In this document: in pieces, positions 17,742 through 26,140 of the stretch
How positions within the stretch are numbered: position 1 is the stretch's first letter
Layout: each line of letters starts with the position of its first letter
From: Alphaproteobacteria bacterium
Lineage (GTDB): Bacteria > Pseudomonadota > Alphaproteobacteria > Sphingomonadales > Govanellaceae
NCBI GenBank assembly: GCA_037189785.1
Contig: JBBCIP010000173.1
Location: 1-51,815 of the forward strand
DNA: 51,815 nt
Reading direction: 5' to 3'
The notes under the pieces: model-generated
What the model saw: the letters and a program-made list of their open reading frames with translations, nothing else
Databases searched by the model: none
Told to the model about the DNA's origin: nothing
Translations under genes and position numbers: made by a program

Positions 17742-18497
17742 ATGGGGGAAACAGTGATTTCACGGCGGGAGTTTAATACTTTAACGGGGCTTGGGTTGGG
17801 CGGACTTGTGACCGGCGCGGCCACGGATTTGATCGCCGCGGAACGTCCGATAGGCAAGCTGGCTAAAGGCAAACCGGTGCTTGATCATATCGTTTGGGCC
17901 GTGCCTGACTTGGAACAAGGCCGTGCGTATTTTGAAGATCTTACGGGTGTGGCTTCGGTATCTGGGGGCAAGGCACCGGGCCGGGATAAAAGCCACAATG
18001 CTTTGGCGGCTTTAGGGAATGGCGCATATTTTGAGATTTTCTCACCTGTTATCGGTATGAAGGGCGATAATTGGCATCACTTGGTCCAAGACGGTAAGCC
18101 GAAACTTGTCAGTTATTGTTTGCGTGTGGAAGATGAATTCGATGCCTTGCAACGCAATGCTGTAAACGCAGGGTTTAAGCATGACACACCCTATGCTATG
18201 GGCCGTGTACGACCAGACGGCAATCAGCTCAACTGGAAATTGTTGAATATTTCGGGATCTGGGGTCGATAATAGCTTACCGTTTTTTATCGATTGGCTCG
18301 GATCGAAACCGCATCCATCGGAAGATTCACCCGCCGGTGTGACCTTGACGCGGTTTGAAGTTGGTCATCCCAATGCGGCGGAGGTGACGCGTGTTTTTAA
18401 AGCGCTCGATATCGACCTGCCTGTTGTCTCAGCCAAGACACTGTCATTCGCCGCACATCTTGAAACACCTAAGGGAACGGTGGTTCTTACAAGTTGA
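17742..18497 (+). CDS. VOC (glyoxalase-like) protein with twin-arginine signal peptide
   Basis: LDHIVWAVPDL...HNAL...YFEI...LPFFIDW...HPS (Glyoxalase_3-like). N-terminal SRREF followed by a hydrophobic stretch. Confidence 0.8.
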   Translation: MGETVISRREFNTLTGLGLGGLVTGAATDLIAAERPIGKLAKGKPVLDHIVWAVPDLEQGRAYFEDLTGVASVSGGKAPGRDKSHNALAALGNGAYFEIFSPVIGMKGDNWHHLVQDGKPKLVSYCLRVEDEFDALQRNAVNAGFKHDTPYAMGRVRPDGNQLNWKLLNISGSGVDNSLPFFIDWLGSKPHPSEDSPAGVTLTRFEVGHPNAAEVTRVFKALDIDLPVVSAKTLSFAAHLETPKGTVVLTS

Positions 18498-18567
18498 ATA
18501 CTATGGCGCGCTTTAATGTATAGCTTGGGTCATTCATAAGCGGCAGTTGCGCTATCGGTGCTTGTCT

Positions 18568-19008
18568 TTACGACAAATCCATCAACGCTGTGCGCAGATC
18601 ATCCGCTGATATGGTGCGAAGTTTTTGTTCAAGCGCTTGGTGCGTTTGGCGCCATATGGGTGTGGCTTTGACCAACAGTTTCATGCCTTTTGGGGTCAGG
18701 GTCAGCAAACGATTGCGGCGATCGTTGGGGCTCGGGGTGATCGTCAGCAAGCCATCTCGTTCCAACGGTTTTAGGGCGGCGGTCAGGGTGGTGCGGTCCA
18801 TGGCCAACAGGGTAGCGACCGGGCCCATGCTGGGTGGCTCGGGCCGGTTCAACGACATAAGCAACGAAAACTGTCCATTGGTCAGGCCAACCGGTCGTAA
18901 GGCGTCGTCGAACAGCCGCGCCAAGGCCCGTGCCGCCCGCTGGGTATAAAGGCAGAGACAGCTGTCGCGCACTTCGAGGGTTGTGGTGAAGGGAATAGTC
19001 TTTGACAT
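18568..19008 (-). CDS. MarR-family transcriptional regulator
   Basis: CLC...RAARALARLFDDALRPVGLTNGQFSLL, MDRTTLT, DRR...LTPKG. Confidence 0.93.
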   Translation of the reverse strand: MSKTIPFTTTLEVRDSCLCLYTQRAARALARLFDDALRPVGLTNGQFSLLMSLNRPEPPSMGPVATLLAMDRTTLTAALKPLERDGLLTITPSPNDRRNRLLTLTPKGMKLLVKATPIWRQTHQALEQKLRTISADDLRTALMDLS

Positions 19009-19020
19009 TCTTTAAATATG

Positions 19021-19042
19021 TTGATATCAATCTATTTGTCAA
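19021..19042 (-). promoter_or_regulatory. Candidate marR promoter/operator: palindrome TTGATATCAA plus minus-strand TTGACA
   Basis: Perfect 10-bp palindrome at 19021-19030, 12 bp upstream of the marR ATG. Minus-strand TTGACA at 19042-19037. Confidence 0.5.
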
Positions 19043-19225
19043 GTCGAATCGGAAAAACACAACAAAAAAGCAACTGTTTTGTAACAGTGCTGTAACCGTT
19101 TCATCGCGGCGTACTTTAGATTTTTGTGATGGAACGATGTGGTGGTGCAAGCCGTTATCGTGCGGACAATCACAATAGTCGCTTGTGACGTTTTTCTTTG
19201 CACTTTTTTGAAAAAGGATCCAGAC

Positions 19226-19579
19226 ATGAAATATACAGAAGGTTTCGTTGCAGCCGTTCCTCTTGCAAATAAAGAAGCTTATCGGAAGCATGCGGCAGAA
19301 GCGGCGCCAATTTTTAAAGAGTTTGGTGCGACACGCGTTGTTGAATGTTGGGGCGATGATGTGCCCGACGGCAAGGTCACAGACTTTCGTGGTGCTGTGA
19401 AAGCCAAAGATGACGAAGTCGTTGTGTTTAGCTGGATAGAATTTCCATCAAAAGACGTGCGTGATAGCGCGATGAAAAAGATGATGGAAGATCCCCGTAT
19501 GAAAGACATGGGGCCGACGATGCCGTTTGACGGGAAGCGCATGATATATGGCGGTTTCTCGACACTTCTGGACGTGTAG
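19226..19579 (+). CDS. DUF1428 (YbaA-like) family protein
   Basis: GFVAAVP...ECWGDDVPDGKVTDF...VVFSWI...MPFDGKRMIYGGF. Start ATG 19226 with AAGGA RBS. Confidence 0.9.
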   Translation: MKYTEGFVAAVPLANKEAYRKHAAEAAPIFKEFGATRVVECWGDDVPDGKVTDFRGAVKAKDDEVVVFSWIEFPSKDVRDSAMKKMMEDPRMKDMGPTMPFDGKRMIYGGFSTLLDV

Positions 19580-19618
19580 AATTTTAGTCTGATTTCATTT
19601 TGGTGGAGACTTGCGATT

Positions 19619-20395
19619 ATGACCAATCGTCATGGCGATTTTATTTGGTATGAGTTGTTAACATCCGATCCGTCTGCCGCCGCGGACTTTTATGGGGCGG
19701 TGTTCGGTTGGGCGGCAACCCCATTTGACGGCGGCAATCACGAGTACCACGTTCTGTCGATAGAAGGAGAAGGGATCGGAGGTCTTATGAAGGTCGATCC
19801 GTCCATGGGCTGTGGTGATGGTAAAGCGGCATGGTTCGGATATATCGGTGTCGATGATGTCGATAAATCTGCCGCGGCTATTGTCAAAGCCGGTGGTGCG
19901 CAACATGTACCGCCGACCGATATTCCGAATGTTGGTCGGTTCGCCATGATGGCTGATCCGCAAGGGGTTAAGTTTTATGTCATGCGAGGGGCCGTTGAGG
20001 GAACAAGCGCGGCTTTTAAAACGATGGCGCCCGGCCATTGCAATTGGAATGAATTGACGACAAGCGATCAAATCGCTGCGTTGCAATTTTATTCCGATCA
20101 ATTCGGTTGGCAAAAAGGCGACGCCATGTCGATGGGCGAAGTTGGGGATTATCAATTCATTGTGCAAGGTCCGGATGTGATCGGCGCAATCATGAATGCC
20201 ATGCCCGGATCCCCGGCATTGACCTGGACATTTTATTTCGGTGTCAACGATATCGATGCCGCAGCAAAAACGGTGCATGATAAAGGCGGGGTCGTTCACT
20301 ATGGCCCGACCGAGGTTCCGGGCGGAAGTTTTATCATTGTCGCCAGCGATCCCAGTGGCGCTATGTTTGGAGCCGTCGGGCAACGCCATATGTAA
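19619..20395 (+). CDS. Two-domain VOC/glyoxalase family protein
   Basis: GDFIWYELLTSD...FYGAVFGW and WNELTTSD...FYSDQFGW repeats; VDDVD, GRFAMMADPQG. Confidence 0.9.
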   Translation: MTNRHGDFIWYELLTSDPSAAADFYGAVFGWAATPFDGGNHEYHVLSIEGEGIGGLMKVDPSMGCGDGKAAWFGYIGVDDVDKSAAAIVKAGGAQHVPPTDIPNVGRFAMMADPQGVKFYVMRGAVEGTSAAFKTMAPGHCNWNELTTSDQIAALQFYSDQFGWQKGDAMSMGEVGDYQFIVQGPDVIGAIMNAMPGSPALTWTFYFGVNDIDAAAKTVHDKGGVVHYGPTEVPGGSFIIVASDPSGAMFGAVGQRHM

Positions 20396-20412
20396 TAATG
20401 ACGAATTTTATC

Positions 20413-20449
20413 CATATTGACAAAAATAGTACAATTTAGTACATCGGTA
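20413..20449 (+). promoter_or_regulatory. sigma70-type promoter/operator box upstream of the LDI-like gene
   Basis: CATATTGACAAAAATAGTACAATTTAGTACATCGGTA; TTGACA at 20417-20422; 29/37 identical to 22764-22800. Confidence 0.7.
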
Positions 20450-20479
20450 TGTGACCCTTAAAACAAAAAGTGATGGGCA

Positions 20480-22051
20480 ATGGTCACAGTGAACAGTGAG
20501 TTTCCGTATTCTTCCTCGGCTACCGCTTCCGGTCTTGCGCTCTCAAACTTGGCGCTGGACGACAAGCAGGCGGGACATGTAAGGCGCATTTTTAATCTGG
20601 CCAATCAACTCCCCGACGATTGGTCGGGAATGATGGCGCGCTCGACCATGCAGGAAGACTTCGGCGCTTTACGGTTTCAACTGGCGTATATGGCGTTTGC
20701 CTTGGGCCTGACTCATGTCCATCGTCTGCCTGCGGCACCCGGGTATTTCAAAAAGCCGTTTGATCAGTTGATTCAAAAAATGTTGTCGCCGGATGTGTGG
20801 ACCTATTGGCATTATGTCAGCACCGGCAATTCCCCGCGATTGAATGCATCATTGGGTGAGTTGCCGGCGCAATGGGATCCTGTCATCAAAGATAACATCA
20901 TGTACAGTGCCTATGTGCAAGCCATGGCGCTTTTGTATCATTATCTTTTTCGCGATGGAAAATATGCTGAACCGGGCGCGTTGACGTTTAGATTACGGCC
21001 GTTGTATTGGGGCCAGACGAAAAATTTCGTTTATGATGAAAAGTCACTCAATGACCATATTTATTGGAGTATGGTTGAAAATGGATATTTGGGTGTTGCT
21101 TGCGAACCCAATTGTATTTTTCAGATTTGTAATCAAGTGCCCCTTCTCGGGTTCCGGTTTCATGATCTGGTCTATGGCACGACATTAGCCAAAGAAGCGA
21201 CCGCGGGATATCTGAAGGCATGGGCGGATTTCGGTATCACAACCGATCAAGGCCATTTCAATATGATGGTTCAGGAACACGAACGCGTGGTTCTGACGCC
21301 CGATGAACAGCCGTGGGTTGATTTCTGGCTTGGATCGTTGATGCATGCCTGGAACCCGGATTTCATCAAACAATATTATCCACGGCAAATGGCGCGGTGG
21401 TCGAAACCGGGGCCTGAAGGATCGTTGTGGATCAGACCGCAGACAATTTTTGAACCCGATTTGCAGTATTTAATGTCGGCGCGCGATTTCGGCTGGGGTG
21501 CGATTTATGCGTCGGAAGTGGGTGATACGGATACCCTGGTGCGGCTGCTTGATTACGCCGATGACTATTTAAATCCGCAATGGCAGGATGGGGCGTATTA
21601 TTTTGCGCGGCAAGATCAAGCCTATGATGGCGATGGCCGGTTTACCGTGATGGACCCGCATACCGGCAACGCATTGCTTGCCTATGCTCGCCTGAACGTT
21701 CCGGATGGCTTGCGTAAACTGTATGAAACCCCGTTGACCAATGCGCATTTCAATGCCCCCACCATTGCCGAACTTGATTACCGTGTGGATCTTAGGGCGG
21801 CGCGTTATGACGCGGATGCAAATTGCTTGACGATCGCTTTAAAAGCGGCTGATGCCCATACGCCAATAGTGCTGAGCAATGTTTGGGGGCGTGGGGCATG
21901 GCGGCTGGAGCTCGATGGTCAAACGGTCGCGTCCGGCGATACGGGTAAAGTGCAAACAGCCGGAACCATTGACGCCCGCCGGGATGGCGATCAGATGCTG
22001 TTTAACTTCCCGTCGTCGCGCTTGACGACGGCCAAACTGTATTGGCTCTGA
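20480..22051 (+). CDS. Linalool dehydratase/isomerase (LinD/Ldi)-like protein
   Basis: DPVIKDNIMYSAY and GVACEPNCIFQICNQ match the LinD segments DP..KENIMYKGH and GIVCEPDNYFVQCN as I recall them, with both catalytic Cys at the same spacing. Aromatic-rich helical core; no signal peptide. Confidence 0.8.
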   Translation: MVTVNSEFPYSSSATASGLALSNLALDDKQAGHVRRIFNLANQLPDDWSGMMARSTMQEDFGALRFQLAYMAFALGLTHVHRLPAAPGYFKKPFDQLIQKMLSPDVWTYWHYVSTGNSPRLNASLGELPAQWDPVIKDNIMYSAYVQAMALLYHYLFRDGKYAEPGALTFRLRPLYWGQTKNFVYDEKSLNDHIYWSMVENGYLGVACEPNCIFQICNQVPLLGFRFHDLVYGTTLAKEATAGYLKAWADFGITTDQGHFNMMVQEHERVVLTPDEQPWVDFWLGSLMHAWNPDFIKQYYPRQMARWSKPGPEGSLWIRPQTIFEPDLQYLMSARDFGWGAIYASEVGDTDTLVRLLDYADDYLNPQWQDGAYYFARQDQAYDGDGRFTVMDPHTGNALLAYARLNVPDGLRKLYETPLTNAHFNAPTIAELDYRVDLRAARYDADANCLTIALKAADAHTPIVLSNVWGRGAWRLELDGQTVASGDTGKVQTAGTIDARRDGDQMLFNFPSSRLTTAKLYWL

Positions 22052-22054
22052 CGT

Positions 22055-22705
22055 TTATTTTTCTTTATCCCGTTTTGGCAGCGACGGTAGTTTTTGTGTG
22101 GCAATACGGGTTGCTTCTTCGTGGTCGACGCCGATGGCTTTCAGCAACATGATCGACAACGATTGCGGATAATCATCCGACCGTCCTTCGCTCAAGGTAG
22201 CCCGCAAGGCAGCGCGGACCGCACCGACGATCATGTCGCCTGCGCTGGCCAGATCATTAAACTTAAAACGGCCGCTGCGCCACCCGGCTTCAAGATCCGG
22301 TCGCGGATAGCTGAGCAAATCGTCATTGGTGGTTTCCGCATCCGCCGACAAGGCGTAAACCAGCCAACCCCAGGCTTCGTTCGTCGCGGCGGATTGCAGC
22401 ACCAAGCGTGTTTCGGCAATAAGACGTTCCGCGGGGTCTGCAATGGTCTTGCAGGCTTTTTGGATATCAAGGAACGGGTTCTTGCCGATCTGCTTCCAGA
22501 GGTCGTCCAGCAGTTCATCGCGTGTCGCATAGTAATTTTAGAACTTACCGCGAGCGACTCCGGCGGCTTGGATGAAATCGTCGATGGTTGATTTCTTTTC
22601 GCCAAGTTCTGCAACGACGCGCGCCGCGGCCATCAGCAACTTCTGACGTGTCCGTTCGCGGCGCTCCAATCCGATCTCCTGTCTTCGCACAGGCCCTCCG
22701 ATCAT
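22055..22705 (-). pseudogene. TetR/AcrR-family regulator interrupted by an in-frame TAA (codon 56)
   Basis: Manual translation from ATG 22705: ...RRERTRQKLLMAAARVVAELGEKKSTIDDFIQAAGVARGKF*NYYATRDELL..., continuing in frame into the 22055..22405 ORF. Stop at 22540-22538. Confidence 0.85.
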
Positions 22706-22751
22706 TGGTTTTTTGATCCTTTTCTTATAACTGATTTTTCAGTTTAATATA

Positions 22752-22800
22752 GACATAAAATGTCATATTGACATTATTTGTACATTTTAGTAGAGAGGTA
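22752..22800 (+). promoter_or_regulatory. Promoter/operator box of the SCO-ADH operon (second copy of the 20413 box)
   Basis: CATATTGACATTATTTGTACATTTTAGTAGAGAGGTA (22764-22800), preceded by the GACA-TAAAA-TGTC inverted repeat. Confidence 0.7.
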
Positions 22801-22890
22801 GTGTTGACGCAGCCTAAGCAGACAAGACCTTTTTCAAGTTTGATCGGTTATACTGTAGTCCGCGATAAGCTGCCAGCGAACACCTAAAAG

Positions 22891-22934
22891 AACACTCGAC
22901 AATAATGCTCGAAAATAACACTCGAAAATAACAC
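22891..22934 (+). repeat. 13-bp tandem repeat (about 3.4 copies of AACACTCGAAAAT)
   Basis: AACACTCGACAAT AATGCTCGAAAAT AACACTCGAAAAT AACAC. Confidence 0.8.
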
Positions 22935-22984
22935 CGGCAAACGAAGATCTGGAAAACCAGGCTTAAGAGTTACGGGGAATTTGA

Positions 22985-23512
22985 ATGACACCTCTGTCTT
23001 TGGCAGAAGGCTTTGATCTGACCGATCATACAGGCCGCTTGGTCACCGACCGTGATTATCGCGGGCGGTTCATGGTGGTGTTTTTCGGCTTTACCCATTG
23101 TCGTGTGGTTTGCCCGCGGGCGTTGGGTCGTTTGAATCGGCTGCTGACGCGTCTTGATGATGCGGTCGATGGCGCGGCGGATGCGATAACACCGTTGTAT
23201 ATTACGGTTGATCCATCCCGTGATACGCCGGATGTGATGAAAGCGTTTCTGGAATCAAATTATCCGCGTTTTATTGGCCTGACCGGAACACCCGATCAAA
23301 TTGATCATGCGAAAAAACTGTTTCGGGTGTTCGCGCATAAAAAAGCCGATCCCGATGATCCCGATGGTTATGCCGTGCCGCATTCGGCCATAACCTATGT
23401 CATTGGACCTGACGGAAAATATTGTGCGCATTTTGCGGATCATCTGGATGAAGACGACGTGTTTGAAAGCCTAAAAACCATTCTAACAGACGGAAATCAT
23501 CGACATGCATAA
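22985..23512 (+). CDS. SCO1/SenC family thioredoxin-fold protein without N-terminal anchor
   Basis: FDLTDHTG, FFGFTHCRVVCP (CxxxC), ITVDPSRDTP, GLTGT, YAVPHSAITYVIGPDG. Confidence 0.9.
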   Translation: MTPLSLAEGFDLTDHTGRLVTDRDYRGRFMVVFFGFTHCRVVCPRALGRLNRLLTRLDDAVDGAADAITPLYITVDPSRDTPDVMKAFLESNYPRFIGLTGTPDQIDHAKKLFRVFAHKKADPDDPDGYAVPHSAITYVIGPDGKYCAHFADHLDEDDVFESLKTILTDGNHRHA

Positions 23513-24629
23513 TATCAAAGCCGCAGTCGTTCGTGAGCAGGGCGGTCCTTTTCTGATCGAGGATATTCGTCTGGACGATCCGCGTGGAGATGAAGTTCTG
23601 GTGCGTATTGCCGGCGTCGGAGTGTGCCATACCGATTTGGTTGTGCGCGATCAATATTTTCCGGTGCCGTTGCCTGCGGTTCTTGGCCACGAAGGGGCCG
23701 GTGTTGTTGAAAAAGTCGGCTCTGCCGTCACCAAAGTGGCGGTTGGCGATCATGTTGTGTTGAGCTACGCCAGTTGCGGGCAATGCAAAAATTGTTTGCA
23801 AGGGTTATATGGATATTGCAGCGATCTTTATGAGCGTAATTTTAGCGGTGCCCGGCCCGATGGTTCTACACCCTGTTGCGGGGCCCATGGTGAAACGTTG
23901 AGCGCCTATTTCTTCGCGCAATCATCGTTTGGTGATTAAGCCATCGCGCCCGAACGAACCGTTGTAAAAATTCGCAAAGATGTGCCCGTTGAACTGATGG
24001 GGCCATTGGGCTGTGGCATTCAAACGGGTGCTGGGGCCGTTATCAATGCTTTGAAACCGGAAGCGGGATCAAGCATCGCTATATTCGGTGCGGGGTCGGT
24101 TGGGCTCGCTGCGGTGATGGCCGCGAAAGTTGTCGGCTGCACAACTATTATTGCGATCGATTTAAACGACAGCCGTTTGGATCTGGCCCGTCAATTTGGT
24201 GCGACCCATACCATTCATGCCGGAACACAAGATGTGATTGCCTCGATCCAGGCCGCCAATGGCGGCGACGGTGTGCAATATTCTTTGGAATGTACCGGTA
24301 TCCCGCAGGTGGTACGGCAGGCGGTTGATTCGCTGCGCCTCACTGGAACGTGCGGCATCATCGGTGTCTCGCCTCTGGGCACAGAAATTTCCTTGGATAT
24401 GAACGGTATTTTGTTTGGGCGTACAGTTCGGGGCATCATCGAAGGCGATAGCGTGCCCGACATTTTCATCCCGCAATTGGTGGAACTGTGGCGCCAAGGC
24501 AGGTTTCCGTTCGATCAGTTGATCAAGACATATGATTTAGCCGATATTGAGACAGCGGTTCATGAGTCTGAATCTGGCGCCGTGTTGAAGGCCGTGCTGT
24601 TGCCGCATCGCCAAGCGAGGGCGACATGA
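23505..24629 (+). pseudogene. Zn-dependent aryl/allylic alcohol dehydrogenase (XylB/AreB/GeoA-like) interrupted by an in-frame TAA (codon 145)
   Basis: GVCHTD, GHEGAG, structural Zn CGQCKNC...C, QSSFGD*AIAPERTVVK, PLGCGIQTGAGAV, GAGSVG. The two ORF-track pieces share one frame; stop at 23937-23939. Confidence 0.9.
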
Positions 24630-26128
24630 GCGTGAAGTCGGCTCCCACACTCGCGACCTTGGCGTCGACGGCGGCAAAAAAATTCGGCGATCAAACGGCG
24701 CTGATCTTTCCCGACGAGCGGACTTTGTCCTTTGTCGAAATCGACCGCTTGGCGGGATCAGCAGCAGTGTTCTTAGCACGCTTGGGTGTTGCCCAAGGTG
24801 ATCGTGTTGTTTTGCATTTACCGAACAGTTGGCAATGGGTGGTGGCTTATCATGCCATTCTGCGTTTGGGAGCTGTGGTAATCCCCGCGAATATCCTGCT
24901 GACGGCCAAAGAAGTGGCGTTCCTCGCGGCGGATTCGGGTGCAATTTTGGTGATTGCACCAGCCACGCGTCGTGCGCCATTGGCTGATGCACTCGCGGCG
25001 GAATCCGCGATCCTGACGATGATTGATGACCAAAGCTTCGCAACACTCAATAAGGACGATTATCAGGAGCCTTGCGCGGTCAGCCCGGCCGATCTTTGTG
25101 CCATTTGCTATACGTCCGGCACCACCGGCAAACCCAAAGGCGCGATGCTGAGCCATTCCAATGTTTATGCCAGTGCGGCGGCGACCGCGACGATCCACGT
25201 GCGGACCAAAGCTGATCGGGTTTTCTCGGCGCTGCCGTTTCCCCATGTCTATGGCAATATTGTGATGAACTGCGTGTTTCTGACCGGGGCCAGTTTGATT
25301 GCAGCTGTGAAATTTGACGCGGACGAGGCCTTGCAAATCATAGAGCGTGATCAGGTGACACTGTTTGAAGGCGTGCCGACGATGTATTATCAAATGTTGG
25401 CAAGCCCGCTGATCGATCACGTTGATCTGTCCAGCCTGGACCGCTGTACGGTCGGCGGGCAGACCATGCCCGTTGCTAAAATTGATCAAGTCGTCGCCCG
25501 CTTTGGCTGCCCGTTATTGGAACTTTGGGGCATGACCGAAGTGGCCGGACCGGCGTTATCGCATTCCCCGTATATGCCGCCGCGTCATGGATCGATCGGA
25601 ATACCATTTCCGGGTGTCGACGTGCGTATTTTGGATCTGGACCAGTCCGACACGATTGCAGCACCCGGCCAGCCCGGAGAATTGGCCGTTCGTGGTAATC
25701 TGGTGATGCAGGGGTACTGGAAAAAATCGCCCGATCATTTGAACAACGATGGATGGTTCGCCACGGGCGACATCGCATATCAAGATGACGACGGCTATGT
25801 TTTTATCGTCGATCGTAAGAAAGATATGATCATCACGGCCGGTTATAATATTTATCCGGCGGAACTGGAACAAGTCATCGCTATGCATCCGGCGGTCACC
25901 ATGGTTGCCGTGACGGCTGTGCCGGATCCGGAAAAGGGTGAGATTCCCGAAGCCTTTGTCGTGCTCCGATCCGGCAGCACCGTGGCCGACCATGATCTTC
26001 TAAAGCATTGTCGCGATCATTTGGCGGCTTACAAAATACCGCGCAAGATTTCGTTTGTGTCCGATCTTCCCAAAACCAGTACCGGTAAGATATTGCGGCG
26101 GGCGTTGCGCGAAACCGTTTCTCTTTAA
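24626..26128 (+). CDS. AMP-forming acyl-CoA synthetase / CoA ligase
   Basis: YTSGTTGKPKG, LPFPHVYG, WGMTE, GWFATGD, IVDRKKDMIITAGYNIYPAELE, LPKTSTGKI. ATGA overlap with the ADH. Confidence 0.93.
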   Translation: MSVKSAPTLATLASTAAKKFGDQTALIFPDERTLSFVEIDRLAGSAAVFLARLGVAQGDRVVLHLPNSWQWVVAYHAILRLGAVVIPANILLTAKEVAFLAADSGAILVIAPATRRAPLADALAAESAILTMIDDQSFATLNKDDYQEPCAVSPADLCAICYTSGTTGKPKGAMLSHSNVYASAAATATIHVRTKADRVFSALPFPHVYGNIVMNCVFLTGASLIAAVKFDADEALQIIERDQVTLFEGVPTMYYQMLASPLIDHVDLSSLDRCTVGGQTMPVAKIDQVVARFGCPLLELWGMTEVAGPALSHSPYMPPRHGSIGIPFPGVDVRILDLDQSDTIAAPGQPGELAVRGNLVMQGYWKKSPDHLNNDGWFATGDIAYQDDDGYVFIVDRKKDMIITAGYNIYPAELEQVIAMHPAVTMVAVTAVPDPEKGEIPEAFVVLRSGSTVADHDLLKHCRDHLAAYKIPRKISFVSDLPKTSTGKILRRALRETVSL

Positions 26129-26140
26129 AGGATCAGATAG

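Noticed and set aside
22891-22934. CRISPR array or iterons
   Set aside because: Units are 13 bp and contiguous with no spacers, and there are no cas or rep genes.
22538-23939. Reassignment of TAA to Tyr (alternative genetic code)
   Set aside because: TAA terminates many intact genes in this window (e.g. at 890, 1383, 2521, 14653, 26128, 27568, 29864). Point mutation or sequencing error is far more parsimonious.
23505-24629. Two separate ADH genes (144 aa and 215 aa) as listed in the ORF track
   Set aside because: They are the N- and C-terminal parts of one frame split by a single stop.
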